The notes under the pieces: generated by a model
Databases searched by the model: none
What the model was told of the DNA's origin: nothing
The model's input: only the letters and a program-made list of their open reading frames with translations
Source of the DNA: a virus
Taxonomy: Duplodnaviria > Caudoviricetes
DNA: 64,000 nt
Direction: 5' to 3' (one strand)
Virus record (IMG/VR): IMGVR_UViG_3300036770_003093
Span: 54,244-118,243 of that record
Shown: piece after piece, positions 58,601 through 64,000 of the stretch
Layout: every line of letters begins with the position of its first letter
Position numbering within the stretch: the first letter of the stretch is position 1
Position numbers and translations under genes: made by a program

Positions 58601-61600
58601 TCATTGAATTCAACACGAGTGTTTTGATCTAACCACTCCATTAACCTTGCTTCCCTTTCTTCTTCATTTAATCCCTCAGCAATCAAACTATCTTCAAACG
58701 CTGAAAAAGCTTTTTCAAAAGCGCCCTCTTTAAGTTTATACTCATAAAACTTCCTACTCTTTTCAGCGTATTCTTGATGAGTCTTTGCTTTTGTTAAATC
58801 AAATATCCCACGAGCTGGATCATCAATCTTTGGAGTACCATCTTCATATGTAAGTTTAGATAACTCTTTTAGTTGACGTTCTAGAGATCTAATGTTTGAA
58901 TAGCTGTTGAAACGATCTAATTCTGTTTGTAAGGGGGTTCTTGCATTCCGCAGCTCAGTAAGAATAATCTCCTTCTCCATTAATGCATCCCGGGTAACAT
59001 CATTCTTATCATAAACAGAATCTTTTACATCGTAATATTCCCGATCATACATCTGCCACATATAATCAGATTTGAATTTCTCCAAAGCTTTATATGCAGC
59101 TCTAATAGCTGTTTGATCTTTACTCTCTATAGCTTTTTGAAGACCAAATTCTAGTTGAGAAAGATCAAACCGGTAATCTTTAAATCTATCCATGTATGAC
59201 CACACCCTTTGCAGTACTAACTCACCTTTTTCATTAATGTCAGCGACAGCATCTTCAAAAGCTAAAGCCTTACCAAGAAGTAAAATTTCATTCTTGCTTA
59301 GATTTTTAAGGAAAGGTTGTAACTCTTCTATAAGATCGTTAGATATGCGCGCGGTCTCAGCGTCAATCTCAGCATATTTGTTTTTAAGATATGCAAAGAA
59401 TGGACCAGATATCAAACTTTGACTAGCACTATATGATTCTAGATACGCATTTAACCAGTTCATTCCTGGCCCTTCACCAACTAACTCAGCTCTAATCTTC
59501 TCAGGTGTAATCTCTACACCCTTGTAGTTTTTTATCTGAGCCTTAAGTGCAGACTCAGCGCCTCTAGACATTTTGCTTTTATCTGCTTCTGTTAATGGTT
59601 GATTAGCAATAAGTTTTTCAGCAATTTGCTCTGCAAAAGCTTCATCACCAGTATCAATTCTAACAATGTTTTTAAACCTTTCACCAAAATTTTGTTCGAT
59701 GTTCAGTCTCATGTCTTTAGTTAAGTCACCTAAAAACTTAGTAAGCTGTTCTTCAAGAATTTTATTTGATTTTCTTTTTATGACAGATATGCTTGTTGAC
59801 ATCGCACTTACCGTATCGTTAAAATCCCTGATGCCTTGTTTTTGAACAGCGTTATTTAAGTCACTATCCTGAATTACCTCTTGAAGAGGGTTAATAAAAT
59901 TCTCTTCTACATACAATGCTAAATCACGATAGTACATAATTCTAGCAATTGTATCAGGGGTAACATCCTCTGGTTTTAATTCTTCTAAAGCCCTAATATT
60001 TTGCTTTATAACATTAAATACTTGATTGTATCCAAACAGAGCTCTTGCTAATGCGGCAGCTTGTCTGTTCTTAGCAATAGCATCTTCAGCCATAGCATTT
60101 ACTATGTTCCTTCTATTTAAGCTAGAATCTGACATTAACTGAGAACGCATCTGCTCAAATACAGAATCTTTCTCAATTAAAGCTTTTATCTCATTATCAT
60201 TAGAACGTTTAACAAGCTGTTCAAATTCTTGAGCTGATACTGTAGCAGCATCAATTAAACTTAAAACAGTTGCGCCGGTGCTTTCTACGGCATTTACAAA
60301 CTCTATCTGCTCTCTAGTTTCAAGGCGTATAAACTCGGCAACCTCGTCATTAGTAAACACCTCAGAACTTAAAGCAAACTTTTCTCCCGTCATCATATCT
60401 ACCAGCTGCTTAATGCTGGTATTAGTATTAAGCTTTTCGATTTTAATACTCTTACCAAACAGACCTCTTAACAACTGTTTGATATGGAAAAGAATCTTCT
60501 CAATCCATGACTTATACTGTTTAGATACAGGCTCACCAGTATTACGCATTTGTCCCTCAAGACCCATGGCTGTAACAATAACCTCCTCTTTTAATCTATC
60601 TCCAGTATAATCATAGTTTCTTTGAACTCTAGCTAATACCTTTTGACCCTCTGGTGTAGAAATCAACTCTTCATATAGAGCATTAAACAACTTAGGATTC
60701 TGTATTCTTATAGATTGTATCAAAGGGTGAGCAAACTCGTGGAATACAGTTTCTGCAGTAATTTGGCCTTCTACAAAGTACACTTTGCCATTATAGAAAA
60801 ACGCGGGCTCCCCTCTATACTCAATACCACTATCTTTTAAAATCATAGCCGCTTCCTCGGAAGAAGCAACTGTTTCAAAGGGAACACCTAAATTATCAGA
60901 TAACACCTGCATAAGTGAACTGATAGCTTCATTACCAAAGTTATTACTGGTTTGTTCTTGGCTGTAAGTGGCGCCGGGATTATAATTATCCTCACTATTC
61001 TCAAAGAACTCTTCTACTTGATCTCTATAATCTGGGAGCTTAATGCTTACATCCCTATCTAAGTTATCTGTGGGTGTAGAAACATCTGGTCTAAAGAAAG
61101 AAATCCTGTTTTTTAAATCTCTATTTACATTAATATCAACTTCATTCCAGGTATTACCATATTCGTCTGTAACTAATACAGGGTTATAACCTTGTTTTTT
61201 AAGAACATTAGCTATAGTATTTTCATAGAAGTTATAGATAGGTGCTAATGCACTGAATCCTTCTGTTTCTACTCTTTCAAGTTCTTGTTTAAGTTGATTT
61301 ATTTCATTAGTATTATCTACCTCTTGTATATAAATATCATATCCAGACTCTGAATCTAATTCATCTTTTCTTTTTTGAGCTTTTTCTTTAGTTTTGAAAA
61401 AACCTATGAAATTATTATATTCATCAATTAGATTAAATCCTCTCTCCTGTTTTTCAAGTTCCTTAATCCTATCTTCTTTTTGTTTTTTAAATTCCTCTAA
61501 AGTAGAATGTCCTTCTATTTTACTAGCTGTATTACCTGTAGGAAATAATACTCTCTCATATCCTTTTTTAGCAGAGTCTTGTATAATCGATTTAACAAAG

Positions 61601-64000
61601 AATGTAACCCAGTTATTGTCTTTGTTTAGGAGTTGTAAAAATTCGTTGCTGCTATCATTTTCTCTTATATAATTTTTTGATATTTTTTCATCATTTCTGT
61701 ATTCTTCAAAAAGTAATTTTGAAAGTTCAGGATATTTTTTTTGTAATATTGCTTTTCTACCTATTTCTCCTTTATACTCTATTTTAATAGAGGGCGAGTC
61801 CGTATAAATTACACCATTTACTTCTTGTTTACGATTTCTTTTAATTAATCGTAACATATCTCTACCTTTCTGAAATAAATCAGATTGTACTTCTAGTATT
61901 CTTCTTGTTTTAGAACCATATTTCTTAGTTTCTTTATATTCCTTTCTTTTACCTACCCAATCATCTATTTCTTCCCAAATATCTTCTTTTTTACTAATTT
62001 GTTCATCACTTCTAAACCATCCAATACCTTTATCAGTAGCAAATTGAGCATGTCCTTTAATAGAAGGAGTAATAGCTGGTGTAGCTATTTCATTTTCTGT
62101 ATAATTAGTACCTCCTGGAACTGTTAAATTAGAGTAATATTGAGTAGGGTTGCGTCCTTTTTTTAATTCTATTTCTATTAGTTTTAATTCTTCTTTAGTA
62201 GCAGGAACTCTCTCATATTCGTCTATCCAACCTATTCCACTAAGTTTAAAATCTTTACCGGCTACAGAAACATAACTACCTTCTAAATCTGTAGAAGAAC
62301 CATCTTTAGCAATATTAATCTCAATAGTATAACTATAATTAGCAATGAATGATGCTAGTTTTTCTTCTATACTTTCACCAGATGATTCTCTTAATAATAA
62401 GACTTGTTGCTTAGGGATCTGTAGATCTTGTTGAATTTTGTTCCAAAATTTATCAGTATTACCTAAAGATTTATACCACTGATTTATCTTAGATATATTG
62501 TTATTTAAAATCTGAACCACCTTAAAATCATAGTATACCTTATTAGAATCAAATACTTCTTCTACACCTGTTTTGATAACATTATCTCTACCAACAAAAT
62601 CCTTAAATAATTCTATATCTTTTTTAGTTCCTAATTGATGAACTTGTTCTTTCTTATATGTAACATATGTTTTTTCATTAACTCCTTGACCACTATCTCT
62701 TCCAATTACTGAATCAGTATTTTTTTCTCTTACTTCGTCAGGAGTTACATATTCATCTCCTAATCCACTTTCTCTAAACTCTTTAGCTCTATCTGTAAAT
62801 TCATAGTATGAATCAACAATAGTAGGGTTGGTTATGTTTAAAAGAATTGGAATTCTTTTACCTTTTATTTCTTCTAGCTCTGTTAACCAAGAACCGAAAT
62901 CTGTAGAATAAAAAGCTTTATTATCTGTTAGGAATATAGTCCCGGTTTTATTAACGTGATATACAATATCTTTTACTTGACTACCGGGGAATATAGTATC
63001 TAAGTATTGAGAGTATTGTTCAGGAGTTCCTATAGAAGCTAGCTCAGGATTAGAATCAAATAGCTCTTGTACTCCTGGTTTGATTGGTGTAGATGGTATT
63101 TTTTGAAAAGGTATATCATCTTGATCCCACTGAGTGAATGGTATATCCTCAGATATAGGCTTAACTTCACTTCTAATTAAACTTCTAGGATACTTCTTAG
63201 CTACTTCTTTAAGCTTGGCTATTTTAGTGTTGATTAACGCTTGTTCTGTGTAGTTTTTTTTAGGAATTATTTGTTCATTTAACTCTTCTTCAGATAGTGA
63301 CTCTAAATATTTTAATCTTTGTTCTTGATTACCTAATAAACCAAAGGGTTCTATTGCTAATAAGATTTCTAGTTCTTCCTTAAATGTTTTTGGTTTTAAA
63401 ACTTTAGCTTTAAAACTCTCAATACTTGTAGTATTCTCTTTAGTTTGAGTTGGTTGGATACCTTGTTCATAATTAGATTTTAAGTTTTTAATATATTCAA
63501 CAGCATCTTTAATTTCATAAAAAAATTCAAGTTCCCCTTCTTTTTCAGAATATACATAATACCCTTCAACTTTATTATACTGTCCTTTCTCATAATCAGG
63601 ATTTTCTAATCTTTCTCTAATTGTTGTAACACCATATTTATTTACAAAAGAGTTTAAATTGGTAATCTCAGGCTTAACTAACTTACCATACTTTTGGTCA
63701 AGTATTCTATTGATACTATCAATAATTTTTTTAGTCTGATAAGGAATATCTTCATCATATTCTAATCTAAAGTTATTTCCTGTAAGAGAAATACCTAATT
63801 CATTATGATGATGCGCTAAATCATCTACAATAGAAGCTAAATTTGGTTGTATAGCATTTACATTACTTAAAGAAGGATATTTAGTATAGCTAACACCAAG
63901 CAGTTCAGATTTTTTATCCTTGCTCACTTTTTCAGAAGCATCCCACACACTTCCTGAATAAACATCTGTATTTGCAGCCCATTTAATATCTTTAGATTTG
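55660..64000 (-). CDS. Giant polyvalent virion/ejected protein, 5'-truncated
   Basis: Frame stays open to the window edge (KSKDIKWAANTDVYSGS precedes the listed start); over 2770 aa; contains HEFAH zincin motif and an ART-like module. Confidence 0.75.
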   Translation of the reverse strand, partial: KSKDIKWAANTDVYSGSVWDASEKVSKDKKSELLGVSYTKYPSLSNVNAIQPNLASIVDDLAHHHNELGISLTGNNFRLEYDEDIPYQTKKIIDSINRILDQKYGKLVKPEITNLNSFVNKYGVTTIRERLENPDYEKGQYNKVEGYYVYSEKEGELEFFYEIKDAVEYIKNLKSNYEQGIQPTQTKENTTSIESFKAKVLKPKTFKEELEILLAIEPFGLLGNQEQRLKYLESLSEEELNEQIIPKKNYTEQALINTKIAKLKEVAKKYPRSLIRSEVKPISEDIPFTQWDQDDIPFQKIPSTPIKPGVQELFDSNPELASIGTPEQYSQYLDTIFPGSQVKDIVYHVNKTGTIFLTDNKAFYSTDFGSWLTELEEIKGKRIPILLNITNPTIVDSYYEFTDRAKEFRESGLGDEYVTPDEVREKNTDSVIGRDSGQGVNEKTYVTYKKEQVHQLGTKKDIELFKDFVGRDNVIKTGVEEVFDSNKVYYDFKVVQILNNNISKINQWYKSLGNTDKFWNKIQQDLQIPKQQVLLLRESSGESIEEKLASFIANYSYTIEINIAKDGSSTDLEGSYVSVAGKDFKLSGIGWIDEYERVPATKEELKLIEIELKKGRNPTQYYSNLTVPGGTNYTENEIATPAITPSIKGHAQFATDKGIGWFRSDEQISKKEDIWEEIDDWVGKRKEYKETKKYGSKTRRILEVQSDLFQKGRDMLRLIKRNRKQEVNGVIYTDSPSIKIEYKGEIGRKAILQKKYPELSKLLFEEYRNDEKISKNYIRENDSSNEFLQLLNKDNNWVTFFVKSIIQDSAKKGYERVLFPTGNTASKIEGHSTLEEFKKQKEDRIKELEKQERGFNLIDEYNNFIGFFKTKEKAQKRKDELDSESGYDIYIQEVDNTNEINQLKQELERVETEGFSALAPIYNFYENTIANVLKKQGYNPVLVTDEYGNTWNEVDINVNRDLKNRISFFRPDVSTPTDNLDRDVSIKLPDYRDQVEEFFENSEDNYNPGATYSQEQTSNNFGNEAISSLMQVLSDNLGVPFETVASSEEAAMILKDSGIEYRGEPAFFYNGKVYFVEGQITAETVFHEFAHPLIQSIRIQNPKLFNALYEELISTPEGQKVLARVQRNYDYTGDRLKEEVIVTAMGLEGQMRNTGEPVSKQYKSWIEKILFHIKQLLRGLFGKSIKIEKLNTNTSIKQLVDMMTGEKFALSSEVFTNDEVAEFIRLETREQIEFVNAVESTGATVLSLIDAATVSAQEFEQLVKRSNDNEIKALIEKDSVFEQMRSQLMSDSSLNRRNIVNAMAEDAIAKNRQAAALARALFGYNQVFNVIKQNIRALEELKPEDVTPDTIARIMYYRDLALYVEENFINPLQEVIQDSDLNNAVQKQGIRDFNDTVSAMSTSISVIKRKSNKILEEQLTKFLGDLTKDMRLNIEQNFGERFKNIVRIDTGDEAFAEQIAEKLIANQPLTEADKSKMSRGAESALKAQIKNYKGVEITPEKIRAELVGEGPGMNWLNAYLESYSASQSLISGPFFAYLKNKYAEIDAETARISNDLIEELQPFLKNLSKNEILLLGKALAFEDAVADINEKGELVLQRVWSYMDRFKDYRFDLSQLEFGLQKAIESKDQTAIRAAYKALEKFKSDYMWQMYDREYYDVKDSVYDKNDVTRDALMEKEIILTELRNARTPLQTELDRFNSYSNIRSLERQLKELSKLTYEDGTPKIDDPARGIFDLTKAKTHQEYAEKSRKFYEYKLKEGAFEKAFSAFEDSLIAEGLNEEEREARLMEWLDQNTRVEFNEKYFDDKQRAIQALTDFINAKFPAGARNTRITEIHSEINDLLILARDPSGQIDVTVLSPETFKKVKDLQEEIVQIQREQVGVSGLSSVEWDRYNELNNKTTMHTPSEATEFATLRTKKDALGLSKADKDIYYSLLGNISDLTSKEPNQDYVDTINFWMSKLGRDEVNAEEATNISADAATANFLMSLDGSFKDWFLANHVQKENKDGVYYERLYLWNIIRPTNESYLKTTTVKLKTGEYITVNAVPGSRFYDRSVKKEYKLLKKDDWSSYVGVYIDNTNLSENPNFLPRPYVPGDRNSAKDDRYINKEFEAMDKNSDIYKILEIMKKYHLQTQNVVSTYGKLYLDLPRFGIEDNQELILRGEIKKKALRTWTQIKGLVSREAREEEPLFRETADSDVNYDSQKNMVRVNALGEEQEYIPIGGLSRLETDQVSLDVIRTFHKYLFSAMRYKQLSDMDPLGRALKEFTGSEQNAQKNTKLVNKNIARVKGITKYVRDKRRQDLRAAQISHLYDREFLGIQNNSFGDNPYLNKITKFFMKQVSFGFFALDLVSATKNWGGQIVQNAIEAAGGKNITLYSLAVGSRMAHQQMVRMQGQRYEKGLPSLQTQMMLNFDPGQSYFNQNFGKTQSRGFISDVTSLSFFMSPRKFLERQSVLELFFGMMHHKIIERTTSDGKKINIRYIDAWELDASGKMKLKDGVDKKYDLGGTEYAKFKTLMQNAANKLYGAYADIDLPMANKFYAYKVTSFLRKYFTEMFMNRFGFSTRDGNVGGYRYNWAMNTVERGYYVEGVLALIKMANVSNKYWKFMSKEEKYALRKILMEVIIIAMLYMMSTILFGYDPGDDDRYKKLRAKSGDMFSNNFNVDWWLAQHLILFSKNVFAETTSFIPVPKLGLEDLRENADLTSLVFGRSIGQMGTLLKDMFYMSIGSEKAKYTRDVGPFSWQEKDSYKIMNHTLSLFGVKGKFYDPVGRGIMPQESVEARK

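Noticed and set aside
1-64000. Stop-codon reassignment (TAG=Gln or TGA=Trp), known in some crAss-like phages
   Set aside because: Core genes are full length in the standard code, and TAG and TGA end genes at sensible coupled positions.
55660-64000. Virion RNA polymerase catalytic subunit
   Set aside because: I saw no DxDxD/DFDID catalytic motif in this part; the RNAP gene probably lies outside the window.

Overview
The window is a large part of a crAss-like (Crassvirales-type) phage genome, probably infecting a Bacteroidota/Flavobacteria host, and it reads in the standard genetic code. Bases 1-19.5 kb (minus strand) hold the capsid/packaging module (MCP, portal, TerL), an IHF-like gene, lysis genes and accessory structural genes. 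A GC-rich, palindrome-dense strand switch lies at ~19.5-19.8 kb and may mark the genome terminus. The plus strand from 19.8 to 55.6 kb starts with early genes, each preceded by a repeated TACATTCATTT motif. It continues with an island rich in candidate ncRNAs (22.4-25.3 kb), two anticodon-less tRNA-like elements with a PD-(D/E)XK endonuclease, and the replication block (SF2 helicase, Tdk, Ung, DnaB, Sak4-like ATPase, SSB, primase, RuvC-like, VWA/MoxR, PolB). The window ends in a 5'-truncated giant polyvalent protein gene on the minus strand. The most unusual signals are (1) an integron-like gene-cassette array with attC-like palindromes at 51.4-52.0 kb, (2) tandem covarying ~155-nt structured RNAs with variable inserts, (3) tRNA-like RNAs, one apparently invaded by an endonuclease, and (4) many small genes bracketed by direct repeats. 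All family assignments come from motif recognition and gene order; no database search was run.
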